Shown here: piece by piece, positions 30,321 to 41,003 of the stretch
Layout: the number at the start of each line of letters is the position of its first letter
Numbering within the stretch: position 1 is the stretch's first letter
Assembly (NCBI GenBank): GCA_029887765.1
Contig: JARXPF010000001.1
Coordinates: 488-64,487 of the forward strand
Length of the DNA stretch: 64,000 bases
Direction: 5' to 3'
Source of the DNA: Thermoproteota archaeon
Lineage (GTDB): Archaea > Thermoproteota > Methanomethylicia > Methanomethylicales > Methanomethylicaceae
The notes under the pieces: generated by a model
Seen by the model: only the letters and a program-made list of their open reading frames with translations
The model's database searches: none
What the model was told of the DNA's origin: nothing
Position numbers and translations under genes: made by a program

Positions 30321-31187
30321 ATGTCAAAAAATCCAAAATGGTTTGGAATTGGAGCTAAATTTGCTCATTTAACCTCAGCTCATCCATGTTTTGGAATAAA
30401 AGCTCATTATAAAATAGCTAGAATTCATCTTCCTATAGCACCAATTTGTAATATTCAATGTAATTATTGTACTAGAGCTTTAAATAAATGTGAATGGAGG
30501 CCTGGTGTAGCTTCATGTATAATGAATTTAGATGATGCAATAAAGAAAATTGAAAGTGAAATAAAAACAAATCCTAAATTAAAAGTTGTTGGTATTGCTG
30601 GACCTGGAGAGAGTTTATATAATAAATTAACTTTTGATGTTCTTTATATAATAAAGGAAAAATGGAATTGGCTCATTAGATGTATTTCTACTAATGGATT
30701 ATTAGTAGAAGAAAAAGCAGATGAATTAAAAAATGTTGATGTCCATACAGTAACCATAACTATAAATGCAATTAATGAAGAAGTTGGAGCTAAAATATAC
30801 GAATGGATAAATTATAATGGTAAAATTTTAAGAGGAAAAGAAGGGGCAAAGTTATTAATAGAAAAACAATTAAATGGAATTGAAGCTTTAGTAAAAAGAG
30901 GAATTGTTGTAAGAATAAATACAGTATTAATACCTAGTATAAATATGAATGAAATTGAACTTATTGCTAAAGAAGTTGTAAATAGAGGAGCTAGTTTAAT
31001 GAATATAATACCTTTAATTCCTTTATATAAATTTAAAAAAATAAGAGGACCAACTTGTGAAGAGCTCGAAAAAGCAAGAAAAATTGCAGAAAAATACATA
31101 CCTCAATTTAGACTTTGTAGACAATGCAGATCAGATGCTTATGGTATTCCTGGATTAGAGTCAAAATCAACTTACTTTCATGGTTGA
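30321..31187 (+). CDS. nifB: NifB-like radical SAM protein (no NifX domain)
   Basis: HPC, ARIHLPIAP.CNIQCNYC, AGPGE, STNG, CRQCRSDA: the characteristic NifB motif set. Confidence 0.8.
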   Translation: MSKNPKWFGIGAKFAHLTSAHPCFGIKAHYKIARIHLPIAPICNIQCNYCTRALNKCEWRPGVASCIMNLDDAIKKIESEIKTNPKLKVVGIAGPGESLYNKLTFDVLYIIKEKWNWLIRCISTNGLLVEEKADELKNVDVHTVTITINAINEEVGAKIYEWINYNGKILRGKEGAKLLIEKQLNGIEALVKRGIVVRINTVLIPSINMNEIELIAKEVVNRGASLMNIIPLIPLYKFKKIRGPTCEELEKARKIAEKYIPQFRLCRQCRSDAYGIPGLESKSTYFHG

Positions 31188-32684
31188 TTTAATAATAGAT
31201 TTTAAATTTTCACTTTTCACATACTTTATAGTCCCTTCATGTTTTATCTTTATTTTTGTATTTTGAGGAAGAAAAATAGACAATCCCTGTGTTAATGGTA
31301 CTTCTAAATCTTTATTAGAATTTTCTTCTATTGAAACTTGATTTTTTGAAATTTCAATTACATCTCCATTAGAAGGAATAATTATATTTTTAGCATATTT
31401 TTCAACAGATTTAGAAAGATTTAAAAGACTTTGATAATCACCATGAATTAATATTAAATTTTCTGGTTTAATTTTTGATATATAATTACATAATTCACTA
31501 TGCATAGCATGTGCAGAAATATCAATATGTTTAATTTCACAATTAACTTTTACATTTTTTTCCTCTTTATCTATCATATCATAAAGTTTGAATTCACGAA
31601 TACCATTTATTAAATCATAACCAATTGTTCCATTTTCCATATGACCTAAAAGTATTATCATATTATCTAATGATTGAGCAATTCTAATCATATGCCAAAT
31701 ACTCCATCCTCCTCTTAACATCCCAGATGGTGCCATTATTATACAGGGTTCTTTACTAGAATGAATTTCTTTACGTTCAAGTATAGATGAAAAAGTCTTC
31801 AAAGCATCCCATTTAAAAGGATCAATACTATTAAATATATAAGATCGCCTTATATTATCATCCATATATATTATGAATTGTTCATAAACTCTGAGTGCTT
31901 CTATTGACATTCCTTCTAAGTAAATATCTACATTAGGAAGATTATTTCTATTATCTTTTAAAATTTTAAGTATTTCTTGTGTTTTTCCTACAGCAAATAT
32001 AGGTATTAGGACTTTTCCTCCACGTTCAAGTGTAGATTTTATACTTTCTAATAATTCCTTTGTAGCCTCTTCTCTACTTTTCCTATTCTTTCCACCATAA
32101 GTTCCTTCACATATAAGAATGTCTGGATATGCTATATCTTCTGTTCTCCAATATCTAAGATGATTTGATGAAGTTCCAAGATCTCCAGAAAATAAAATTC
32201 TAAAATTATTAATAGAAATTTCAATCATAGCCGATCCAAGTATATGACCAGCATTATGAAAATTTACTTGAATAGAATCTAATTTATAAAGTTCATGATA
32301 AGTTAAGTTTACTGCAAGTTTTGTAAGTGCAGTATACATGTCTTTGGAATCCCAAATTTGATCTTCAAGAGACCATTCTCTATTCATTAAAGAAAGCTCA
32401 TCTTCCCATAATAATTTTAAAAGAGCAAGAGTTGGAAGAGTCATGAATATTTTATTTTTAAATCCTTGTCTTACTAAAGCAGGTATGGCTCCTGTATGAT
32501 CTAAGTGAGCATGAGAAATGAAAATTCCATTTATTTCACTATTAGGCATTATTGGAAGAGAAGCTTTACCTTTCATTGAAGGAGAAATTCCACAATCTAA
32601 TAAAAAATGATTATTATTGAAATCCAATTGTAAACAAGTTCTTCCTACTTCTCTTCCTCCACCAAGTACTTTAATACTTATCAT
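31167..32684 (-). CDS. Beta-CASP MBL-fold ribonuclease (aCPSF2-like, no KH domains)
   Basis: GGGREVGR, SHAHLDH, AGHILGS, SGD, EGTYG, SAHA, IHG motifs. Confidence 0.88.
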   Translation of the reverse strand: MISIKVLGGGREVGRTCLQLDFNNNHFLLDCGISPSMKGKASLPIMPNSEINGIFISHAHLDHTGAIPALVRQGFKNKIFMTLPTLALLKLLWEDELSLMNREWSLEDQIWDSKDMYTALTKLAVNLTYHELYKLDSIQVNFHNAGHILGSAMIEISINNFRILFSGDLGTSSNHLRYWRTEDIAYPDILICEGTYGGKNRKSREEATKELLESIKSTLERGGKVLIPIFAVGKTQEILKILKDNRNNLPNVDIYLEGMSIEALRVYEQFIIYMDDNIRRSYIFNSIDPFKWDALKTFSSILERKEIHSSKEPCIIMAPSGMLRGGWSIWHMIRIAQSLDNMIILLGHMENGTIGYDLINGIREFKLYDMIDKEEKNVKVNCEIKHIDISAHAMHSELCNYISKIKPENLILIHGDYQSLLNLSKSVEKYAKNIIIPSNGDVIEISKNQVSIEENSNKDLEVPLTQGLSIFLPQNTKIKIKHEGTIKYVKSENLKSIIKSTMKVS

Positions 32685-32744
32685 CTTAGACGGTAAAAAA
32701 TTAATAAAATTAAAGATTTAAGTTTTTTTCTATATGGTGAAAAA

Positions 32745-33422
32745 ATGATAAAAGCTATTGCAACAGATGTAGATGGAACTTTAACAAATTATAATGATGA
32801 ATTATATATAGAAGCCATAGCTACTATTAGAGAATTAGAGAGAAAAGGAATAAAAGTAATACTTTGTTCTGGAAATGCTTTATGTGTAACTAAGACTCTT
32901 GCAAAATATATTGGATGTAGTGGACCTACAGTATCAGAAAATGGTGCTGTAATTGAATATAAAGCAAAAATAAGAATTATTGGAAGAAAGAATATAGGAA
33001 GAGAAGCATTAGATGAATTAAAAAAAGTATATAATGAAGAGATAAAAGAGTCTTGGACAAATGCTTATAGATTTGTGGATATAGCCATTAGGAGAAATAT
33101 ACCATTTAATGAAGTAGAAAAAATTGTTAAAAAAATTAATGGAGCAAAAGTAATAGATAGTGGTTTTGCATATCATATAACAGATGAAACTATAGATAAG
33201 GGAAAGGGACTTCTATTGGCTTTAAATCTCATAGGAATAAAACCAGAAGAAGTTCTAGGAATTGGTGATAGTATTACAGATTTAGAAATGCTAAAAGTTT
33301 GTGGTATTAAAGCTGCAGTTGCAAATGCTGATCCAAGAATAAAAGAAATTGCAGACATAATTGCTGAAAAAGAATTTGGACTTGGATTTGTAGAAATAAT
33401 AAATAAAATTGTGAAATTATGA
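32745..33422 (+). CDS. Phosphoglycolate phosphatase (Cof-type HAD)
   Basis: DVDGTLT, SGN, DKG, GDSITD motifs. Confidence 0.88.
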   Translation: MIKAIATDVDGTLTNYNDELYIEAIATIRELERKGIKVILCSGNALCVTKTLAKYIGCSGPTVSENGAVIEYKAKIRIIGRKNIGREALDELKKVYNEEIKESWTNAYRFVDIAIRRNIPFNEVEKIVKKINGAKVIDSGFAYHITDETIDKGKGLLLALNLIGIKPEEVLGIGDSITDLEMLKVCGIKAAVANADPRIKEIADIIAEKEFGLGFVEIINKIVKL

Positions 33423-34096
33423 TAAATAGAAGAGATATAATTAAAGTATTTGATGATATAGCTGAAGATTTTGATAGAACAAGGAAAAGAGTATGGAAAA
33501 GTATTGAAGATGCTGCTCCTTTTAATGAAAGTATTATATTGGATTTAGGAGCAGGAAATGGAAGAAATTCAAAATACATGGTAAATAAAGGAGCTAAACA
33601 AATTATAGCAGTTGATATTTCAATTAATATGTTAAATAAATTATTATTAAATTTAAATGAGAAAGAGAAAGAGATAATAGATATTATAAGATGTGATGCA
33701 TTATATTTACCTTTTAAATCATTAATTTTTGATAAAGTAGTATTCATAGCTACTATACATCATATACCAACAAAAGAAGCAAGAATAAAATCTTTAGAAG
33801 AAGTTTATAGAGTATTGAAAAAAAATGGCCTTCTTTTAATAACAGCATGGTCAAGATTTCAATTTAGATTTTTAAGAAAAATTCCAACTATGATAAAAAT
33901 GTATTTAAAAGGATATGAATTTGGTGATATTTTTGTACCTTGGAAAAATAAAATGAGATTTTATCATTTATTTACATTAAGAGAATTAAAATCTTTAGTA
34001 AAGAAAGTAGGATTTATAATTGAAAAAGCTTATGGTGAAAAAGTTAATTCAAGAATATTTGCAGAAAATTGTGTTGTAGTGGCGAGAAAAAAATGA
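33419..34096 (+). CDS. Class I SAM methyltransferase, Trm9/ALKBH8-like
   Basis: FDDIAEDFDRTR..W, LDLGAGNGR, IATIHH, DIFVPW, RFYHLF..EL match Trm9 motifs; overlaps elp3. Confidence 0.7.
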   Translation: MINRRDIIKVFDDIAEDFDRTRKRVWKSIEDAAPFNESIILDLGAGNGRNSKYMVNKGAKQIIAVDISINMLNKLLLNLNEKEKEIIDIIRCDALYLPFKSLIFDKVVFIATIHHIPTKEARIKSLEEVYRVLKKNGLLLITAWSRFQFRFLRKIPTMIKMYLKGYEFGDIFVPWKNKMRFYHLFTLRELKSLVKKVGFIIEKAYGEKVNSRIFAENCVVVARKK

Positions 34097-35670
34097 TGGA
34101 AAAAGAGCTAGTAAATAAAATTATAGAATATTTAAAAGAATATCCTGATAATTTATCTAAAGTAAAATATCTTGCATCTATAGGAATTGGAAGAGTATTA
34201 AAAAATTATGAAATATTAAAATATATTAAAAATGATGAAAAATTAGCAAAGATATTAATAAGTAAGAAAGTAAGAGGGGCTTCTGGAATTTTTACAGTAG
34301 CGGTTATGACAAAGCCTCATAAATGTCCAAAAGAAAAACCATGTTCATATTGTCCAGGTGGTGTGGAATATGGAACACCTCAAAGCTATATAGGTAATGA
34401 ACCTGCATTAATGAGAGCTATACAAAATAATTTCGATCCATATAAACAAGTAATGCATAGACTTTTTCAATATGTTAGAATGGGACATATTCCTTCAAAA
34501 ATTCAATTAATAATAATGGGAGGTACTTTTCCAGCTACAGATTTAGATTATCAAGAATGGTTTGTAACTAGATGTTTAGAAGCTATGAATGATTTTCCAT
34601 ATTCTAGACCATATAGATGGAAGAGTTTAGAATATGCTCAATTAAGAAATGAAAAAAGTAGAGTTAGATGTATAGGAATAACTATAGAAACAAGACCTGA
34701 TTGGGCTAAGGAAAGGCATGTAGATAGAATGATAAAACTTGGAACTACACTTGTTGAAATAGGTGTACAAACAATTTATGATGAAATATTAAAGAAAGTT
34801 AATAGAGGTTGTTATGTTAAAGATACTATTGAAGCTACTAGAATTCTTAGAGATAGTGGACTTAAAGTAGGATATCATATTATGCCAGGTTTGCCTGGAA
34901 GTGATTTTGATAAAGATCTTGAATGTTTAAAAAGAATATTTCAAGATGAAGATTTTAAACCAGATTATTTAAAAATTTATCCAACTTTAGTAATAGAAGG
35001 AACTGAACTTTATAAAGAATGGCTAGTTGGAAATTATAAAGCACTACAAACTGAAGAAGTTATTAAATTACTTATAGAAGCACATAAATATTTTCCAAAA
35101 TGGGTTAGAGTTTCAAGAATACAAAGAGACGTACCTGCTTCATTAATAATTGATGGTGTAAAGAAAAGTAACTTAAGAGAGGAAGTAGAAAGAATATTGA
35201 AATCTCAAGGAATGAAATGTAAATGTATTAGATGTAGAGAAATTGGTTTAGCAAAAATAAAAGGAGAGGAGATAGTTAATTTAAATCCAAAAATAAATAT
35301 AGAAAAGTATGAAGCTGGTAAAGGAATAGAATTATTCATATCTTTAGAAGATGGAGATTATTTAATAGGTTTTTTAAGATTAAGATTTCCATCAGAATTT
35401 GCACATAGAAAAGAAGTAAAGAATGCAGGAGTAATAAGAGAACTTCACATATACGGTCCTCAAGTACCAATTGGAATGAAGAATGAAGAAGCATATCAAC
35501 ATAAAGGATATGGCTCTATACTATTAAATAAAGCTGAGGAAATTACTAAAAATGAATTTGATTTGAATAAAATTATAGTATTACCAGGTGTAGGGGTTAG
35601 AGATTATTATAGAAAAAGAGGTTATCGTAAATTACCTTCTTCACAATATATGATTAAGTATTTAGCATAA
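34093..35670 (+). CDS. elp3: Elp3 tRNA U34 carboxymethylation radical SAM/GNAT enzyme
   Basis: CP...CSYCPGG, ETRPD, KIYPTLV, RIQRD, RELHIYG, QHKGYG; ATG 34093 overlaps the upstream TGA. Confidence 0.95.
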   Translation: MMEKELVNKIIEYLKEYPDNLSKVKYLASIGIGRVLKNYEILKYIKNDEKLAKILISKKVRGASGIFTVAVMTKPHKCPKEKPCSYCPGGVEYGTPQSYIGNEPALMRAIQNNFDPYKQVMHRLFQYVRMGHIPSKIQLIIMGGTFPATDLDYQEWFVTRCLEAMNDFPYSRPYRWKSLEYAQLRNEKSRVRCIGITIETRPDWAKERHVDRMIKLGTTLVEIGVQTIYDEILKKVNRGCYVKDTIEATRILRDSGLKVGYHIMPGLPGSDFDKDLECLKRIFQDEDFKPDYLKIYPTLVIEGTELYKEWLVGNYKALQTEEVIKLLIEAHKYFPKWVRVSRIQRDVPASLIIDGVKKSNLREEVERILKSQGMKCKCIRCREIGLAKIKGEEIVNLNPKINIEKYEAGKGIELFISLEDGDYLIGFLRLRFPSEFAHRKEVKNAGVIRELHIYGPQVPIGMKNEEAYQHKGYGSILLNKAEEITKNEFDLNKIIVLPGVGVRDYYRKRGYRKLPSSQYMIKYLA

Positions 35671-35709
35671 TTTTTTATATTAGTTTAAATTTTTATTGAA
35701 TGAAAGAAA

Positions 35710-37230
35710 ATGGATTTAGAGGAAGTTGTTTCAGATTTATCAGCAATAAAATCAGGATTTATAATAGATTTAATTAGTGGAGGGAAGATTACAAATAAAG
35801 TAATAATACCAGAAGTTATTATCAATAATATAAGAAGAGAAGCTAAAAAAGGGAATATTTTAGCTTTAGAAGAATTAATAAATTTAAAAGATATTGCAGA
35901 TCAAGTTGGAGTAATAATAGAAGTAAGGGATAATAGAAGAAGAATTCAAGAAGAGGACATGGCTGCTTTAGATTTAGCAATAGATGGTAATTATCCTTTA
36001 GTAACCTCTGATGAAAAAATTGCAAAAATAGCTAAATCTATAGGAATTGAAGTAATATTTGGAAAAGCAAAATTACAAGGCCCTCCTATATTTACAAAAT
36101 TCTTTTCAGAAGGCGTTATGTCAGTACATCTTAAAGAAGGATTAATTCCAAGAGGTAAAATTGGAACACCAGGATCTTGGAGATTAGAAAATATTGGAGA
36201 TAAAGTATTAGAAGCTAGTGAAATTGAGAGAATCATTCAAGATATATTTGAAAGAGTAGAACAAGGTGAAGGAATTTCAGAAATTGATAGAGAAGGATCA
36301 AAAATTTTAATGTTAGATAATTACAGAGTCATAATAACACTTCCACCTTTTTCAGATAAGCCAGAAATAACAATAACTAAAAAATTAGTAGATTTAGAAA
36401 TTGAAGATTATAATCTTTCACAAAAATTAATAAAGAGATTTAAAGAGAGAGCTGAAGGTATATTAATAGCAGGAGCGCCAGGAATGGGAAAAACAACTTT
36501 TGCTAGAGCTCTTGCAAAATTCTATCTTAGAGAAAATAAAATTATAAAAACTATTGAATCTCCAAGAGATTTATGTTTACCAAGTACTGTAACTCAATAT
36601 TCTAAATCAAAATCTTCATCAGAAGAAATTCATGATGTATTATTATTGAGTAGACCAGATTATACATTCTTTGATGAAATGAGAGATGATGATGACTTTA
36701 AAATATTTACTGATTTAAGATTAGCTGGAGTAGGCATGGTTGGAGTTATTCATGCAGCAACACCTATTGATGCTATACAAAGATTTATTGGTAGAGTTGA
36801 ATTAGGAATGATTCCTTCAATAATTGATACTGTAATTTTTATAAATAAAGGTATGGTGGAAAAAGTATATGAACTTGAGACAAAAGTAAAAATACCTCAT
36901 GGTTTAACAGAATCAGATTTAACAAGACCAGTTGTGCTTGTGAGAAATTTTGAAACAAAAGAAGTTGAATATGAAATATATGTTTTTGGAGAAAGAACTT
37001 TTGTTGTTCCTTTAAAGTCAAAAGAAAAAGAGAATGTAGTAATATCAATGATAAATAAAGTATTAGAGAGACATATACCAATGGAGAATGTTATTATTGA
37101 AGAAAATAATGAAGGTGTAGTAATAGGGATTCCTACAAATATAATTAATTATGCATTAAAAAGATGTAGAAAGAAAATTCAAAAAATTGAAGAAAAAATG
37201 GGAATAAGAATAATAATTAAACCTATTTAA
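35710..37230 (+). CDS. PIN-domain ATPase (PINA/Hjm-associated) with KH-like C-terminus
   Basis: N-terminal PIN-like domain, MSVHLKEG, GAPGMGKTT, ESPRDL, DLRLAGVGMVGVIHA. Confidence 0.88.
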   Translation: MDLEEVVSDLSAIKSGFIIDLISGGKITNKVIIPEVIINNIRREAKKGNILALEELINLKDIADQVGVIIEVRDNRRRIQEEDMAALDLAIDGNYPLVTSDEKIAKIAKSIGIEVIFGKAKLQGPPIFTKFFSEGVMSVHLKEGLIPRGKIGTPGSWRLENIGDKVLEASEIERIIQDIFERVEQGEGISEIDREGSKILMLDNYRVIITLPPFSDKPEITITKKLVDLEIEDYNLSQKLIKRFKERAEGILIAGAPGMGKTTFARALAKFYLRENKIIKTIESPRDLCLPSTVTQYSKSKSSSEEIHDVLLLSRPDYTFFDEMRDDDDFKIFTDLRLAGVGMVGVIHAATPIDAIQRFIGRVELGMIPSIIDTVIFINKGMVEKVYELETKVKIPHGLTESDLTRPVVLVRNFETKEVEYEIYVFGERTFVVPLKSKEKENVVISMINKVLERHIPMENVIIEENNEGVVIGIPTNIINYALKRCRKKIQKIEEKMGIRIIIKPI

Positions 37231-37242
37231 TGGTGTAATTTA

Positions 37243-38076
37243 TTGAAAGAAAGGATTGTGAGAAAAGCTTTAGAAAAAATTTTTTCAAAAGAAGATTTAG
37301 AAAAAGCAATAACATCAATAGATATAATTGGAGATATTGCTATAATAAAAATCCCTTGGGAATGGGAGAATAAGAAATATGAAATAGGAGAAGCAATTTT
37401 ATCTAGTTTAAATGGAATTAAAGGAGTATTTAGACAAATTAGTCCTGTAGATCCAGAATATAGAGTAAGAGGTGTAGAATGGCTAGCTGGTAAAAAAGAA
37501 ACTATAACAATTCATAAAGAACATGGTTGTTTATATAAATTAGATATAGCAAAAGTATACTTTTCTCCAAGATTGTCTTTTGAAAGATTAAGAATAGCTA
37601 AATTAGTTAAAGAAGGAGAAATTATAATAAATATGTTTGCAGGTATTGGAACTTTTTCAATTTTAATAGCTAAAAAAAGTAATCCAAGTAGAATTTTTTC
37701 AATTGATAAAAATCCTGAAGCTTTTAAATATATGATTGAGAATACTATTATAAATAAAGTGTACAAAAAGGTATTTCCTATACTTGGAGATGCAAAAGAA
37801 GTAGTTAAAGAATTTGAAGGAATGGCTGATAGAATTCTCATGCCATTGCCAGATTTAGCAATTCAATATCTTCCATATGCTATTAATAGTTTAAAAGATT
37901 ATGGATGGATTCATATTTATTTACATCAAGAAAGTAAAAATAGAAAAAATGCTATAGTAGAAGCTGAAAAACTTTTAAGAAGAATAATTAATGTTAAGAA
38001 TATTAATGGAAGAGTTGTGAGAAGTGTGGGAAGAAAATTATATCAAGTAGTATTAGATTTGGAAATTTCGAAATGA
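37243..38076 (+). CDS. Trm5/Taw2-family tRNA G37 methyltransferase
   Basis: DIIGDIAI, HKEHGC, VYFSPRL..ER, MFAGIG, DRILMPLP. Confidence 0.85.
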   Translation: MKERIVRKALEKIFSKEDLEKAITSIDIIGDIAIIKIPWEWENKKYEIGEAILSSLNGIKGVFRQISPVDPEYRVRGVEWLAGKKETITIHKEHGCLYKLDIAKVYFSPRLSFERLRIAKLVKEGEIIINMFAGIGTFSILIAKKSNPSRIFSIDKNPEAFKYMIENTIINKVYKKVFPILGDAKEVVKEFEGMADRILMPLPDLAIQYLPYAINSLKDYGWIHIYLHQESKNRKNAIVEAEKLLRRIINVKNINGRVVRSVGRKLYQVVLDLEISK

Positions 38077-38846
38077 AGGAATTAGAAAATTGGTTCATGA
38101 ATTTAAAAAATGTATTAATAGCTTATTCAGGTGGTTTGGATAGTACATTAATAGCTTATATTGCAAATAAAGTTTTAAATAATAAAGCCATGGCAGTTAC
38201 TATTAAAACACTATTTATAGATGAATATGAATTAGAATATGCTATTAAAAAAGCAAAGGAATTAGGAATTAAACATAAAGTTGTGGAATTAAATTTACCA
38301 GAAATTCTATTTGAAAATCCTAGAAATAGATGTTATATTTGTAAAAAATATATGATTAAAAAATTAAAAGAAATTGCAAAAGAAGAAGGATATGATTTAA
38401 TTATTGATGGAACAAATTATGATGATTTAAATGAAAATAGATTAGGAATAATTGCTTTAAAAGAAGAAGGAATAAGAAGTCCTTTAGCTGAATTAAGGAT
38501 AAATAAAAATAAAATTAAAGAAATTTCAAAAGAACTTGGATTAAATTATAAAAAATCAAGTAATACATGTTTAGCTACTAGATTTCCTTATGGATATAAA
38601 ATAAAACTAGAAGAATTAAAAATGGTAGCTAATGCTGAAAAAATAATTAAAGAAGAAGGATTTGAAAATGTAAGAGTAAGACATTTTGGCAATATAGCAA
38701 AAATAGAAGTAGAAAAAGAATATATTTCAAGATTCATGAATGAAGATTTAAGAGAAAGAATTATAAATAAACTTAAATTTATTGGATATAAAGTAATTAC
38801 ATTAGATTTAGAAGGTTATTCGAGTGGAAAAATGGAATTTATTTAA
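38073..38846 (+). CDS. larE: LarE-family ATP-dependent sulfur transferase
   Basis: SGGLDS PP-loop, NRCYICK, DGTN.DD, CLATRFPYG, VRVRH, LDLEGY. Confidence 0.85.
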   Translation: MKELENWFMNLKNVLIAYSGGLDSTLIAYIANKVLNNKAMAVTIKTLFIDEYELEYAIKKAKELGIKHKVVELNLPEILFENPRNRCYICKKYMIKKLKEIAKEEGYDLIIDGTNYDDLNENRLGIIALKEEGIRSPLAELRINKNKIKEISKELGLNYKKSSNTCLATRFPYGYKIKLEELKMVANAEKIIKEEGFENVRVRHFGNIAKIEVEKEYISRFMNEDLRERIINKLKFIGYKVITLDLEGYSSGKMEFI

Positions 38847-39925
38847 TATTGAATTGTTAAATCTCCTTTTTCTGACCAAATAAATTTTAATCTTTTTCTA
38901 TTTTTATAAAGACCTTTTTGAAGTATATATCCAACTATGAGAGGTAGTGCAATTGTAGCTTCAACATAAACAGTAGCTCTAGTAGCCTTCTTACATATTT
39001 TACCCCAAGATTTAGCTTCATCTAAAGTACTTCCACTCAATCCTCCCCAATGTGGAGGTTCAGTAGTTATTTGAAAAGCATAATGATGACCTTCAGTATA
39101 ATCTAACATAACTGCAGCATCATTTATATAGTTTTTAGGAACCCCTCCTCCAATATATATTGCACCAGTTTTTTTAGACTTCAATATTATTTGAGCAATT
39201 TCATAATTATCTTTCATTACATCAATTACAAAAGTTTCAATTCCATGCTCCTTAGCCCATTTAAAGTAACCAGCTAAACTTATTCCTATTGAACTATCTG
39301 CAATAGCAGGACAAAATATTGGAACTCCATATTTATATGCATTATATAATATAGATTCTTCATCATTTAAAGTAGATCCTAGTAAATAAAGAAATTCTCT
39401 TGTAGAATATCTTTTTGGCTCAAGTGTAGAACAAAATTCAGCTATTTTTTCATCACAATTAACAAATCCAATTTCATCAACATATGCATCATATATTCTA
39501 TCAATATATAAATCTCTAAGTTTTTCATCATCAATATTTGAAGAAGCTTTGTAATGTTTATAACCTTGAGCTATATAGTAATCTTGATATAATATAGCAC
39601 CTGTAGAAACAATAACATCAACAATTCCTTTAAGAATCATATCACTTATAACTTTTCTTAAACCTCCAGCTATTAAAGCTCCAGCTAATCCTAGAAAAAT
39701 AGTTGGTCTATCTTCATCTAATAACATATTTTCATAAACCATAGCACATTCAGCTAAATTACGAGATTGAATACCACAGTTTTTCCAATTTTCTACTAAA
39801 TCTTTTATAGTTATAATTTTTTTAAGATCTAATGGTATTATGGGATGACTGAGAAGTTTTTCTCTTAATTCTAAATCCTCTTCCTTGAGTTCAATTTCAT
39901 CAATTTTTTTCTTAAAATACTTCAA
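38843..39925 (-). CDS. dys: Deoxyhypusine synthase family protein
   Basis: PAIADSSIG, GGGVPKN, GGLSGSTLDEAKSWGK (catalytic Lys present); probable TTG start 39925. Confidence 0.88.
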   Translation of the reverse strand: MKYFKKKIDEIELKEEDLELREKLLSHPIIPLDLKKIITIKDLVENWKNCGIQSRNLAECAMVYENMLLDEDRPTIFLGLAGALIAGGLRKVISDMILKGIVDVIVSTGAILYQDYYIAQGYKHYKASSNIDDEKLRDLYIDRIYDAYVDEIGFVNCDEKIAEFCSTLEPKRYSTREFLYLLGSTLNDEESILYNAYKYGVPIFCPAIADSSIGISLAGYFKWAKEHGIETFVIDVMKDNYEIAQIILKSKKTGAIYIGGGVPKNYINDAAVMLDYTEGHHYAFQITTEPPHWGGLSGSTLDEAKSWGKICKKATRATVYVEATIALPLIVGYILQKGLYKNRKRLKFIWSEKGDLTIQY

Positions 39926-40058
39926 AAGTTGCACCTCTTAATGAGTAAAATAAAAATAAAGAGTAATATATAAGCTTCTAACTCAGTTTTCTATACTTCA
40001 ATTATTAAAAAATAAATTTTAATTTGAGAAATTTTAGAATTAAAAAGAGTGATTTTAA

Positions 40059-41003
40059 ATGTCAAATAAGATAAAAGTAACAGCCCCTGCTACAATTGCC
40101 AATTTAGGACCAGGATTTGATTTAATTGGTTTAGCTTTAAATGAACCTAGAGATTTTTTAGAAGTAACTTTAGAAAAAGAAGGAAATGATGTATTAGAAG
40201 TTCAAGGAATTTATGCAAATACAATTTCAAAAAATCCAGAGAAAAATTCAGCCATGGTTGCAGGAAGAGCTGTTCTTGAGAAAGTTGGTAAGGAAAAATA
40301 TTCTATAAAAATGAAACTCATAAAAGGAGTGCCTCCAAGAATAGGTCTTGGAAGTTCTGGAGCTTCTTCTGCTGCAGGAGCTTATGCAGTTAATTACTTA
40401 TTAGGAATGCCTCTTAATATGGAAGAATTACTTGAATGTGCTATGAAGGGTGAAAAAGCAGCTTGTGGTTCTCCTCATGCAGATAATGTTGCACCTGCTT
40501 TATTTGGCGGAATTACTTTGATATTATCATTTAATCCTATAAAAGTTATAAAATTTGAACCTATTACAAATGTAGACATAGTTGTAATAACACCTCAATT
40601 AGAAATAGGTGATGAAAAAACTAGAATTGCAAGAGAAATTTTGCCAAAAGAAATTTCTCTTCATGTTATGGTAAATCAAATGCAATCTTTTGCTAATCTT
40701 ATTATAGGCATAATGAAAAAGGATTTAAAAACTATGGGATTAGGCATCTCAGGAGATTTTGTTATAGAATCTGCAAGATCGAAGTTAATTCCAAAATTTT
40801 ATGATTTAAAAAAAGAGGCATTAGAATTGGGGGCATATGGATTTTCAATAAGTGGAGCAGGTCCTTCAATGTTTGCAATTTGTCCAAAAAATTTAAGTGA
40901 ATATATAGGAAGGAAATTAGTAAATATTCTTAAGAATGAAGGAATTGACTCTAAATTTTCAATACACAATAATTCTAAGGAAGGTGTGATTATTGTACCC
41001 TAA
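40059..41003 (+). CDS. thrB: Homoserine kinase
   Basis: PATIANLGPGFD, GLGSSGAS, HADNVAPA, SGAGPS. Confidence 0.95.
   Translation: MSNKIKVTAPATIANLGPGFDLIGLALNEPRDFLEVTLEKEGNDVLEVQGIYANTISKNPEKNSAMVAGRAVLEKVGKEKYSIKMKLIKGVPPRIGLGSSGASSAAGAYAVNYLLGMPLNMEELLECAMKGEKAACGSPHADNVAPALFGGITLILSFNPIKVIKFEPITNVDIVVITPQLEIGDEKTRIAREILPKEISLHVMVNQMQSFANLIIGIMKKDLKTMGLGISGDFVIESARSKLIPKFYDLKKEALELGAYGFSISGAGPSMFAICPKNLSEYIGRKLVNILKNEGIDSKFSIHNNSKEGVIIVP

Noticed and set aside
30321..31187. Evidence for nitrogen fixation
   Set aside because: NifB alone is insufficient; no nitrogenase structural genes are in the window.
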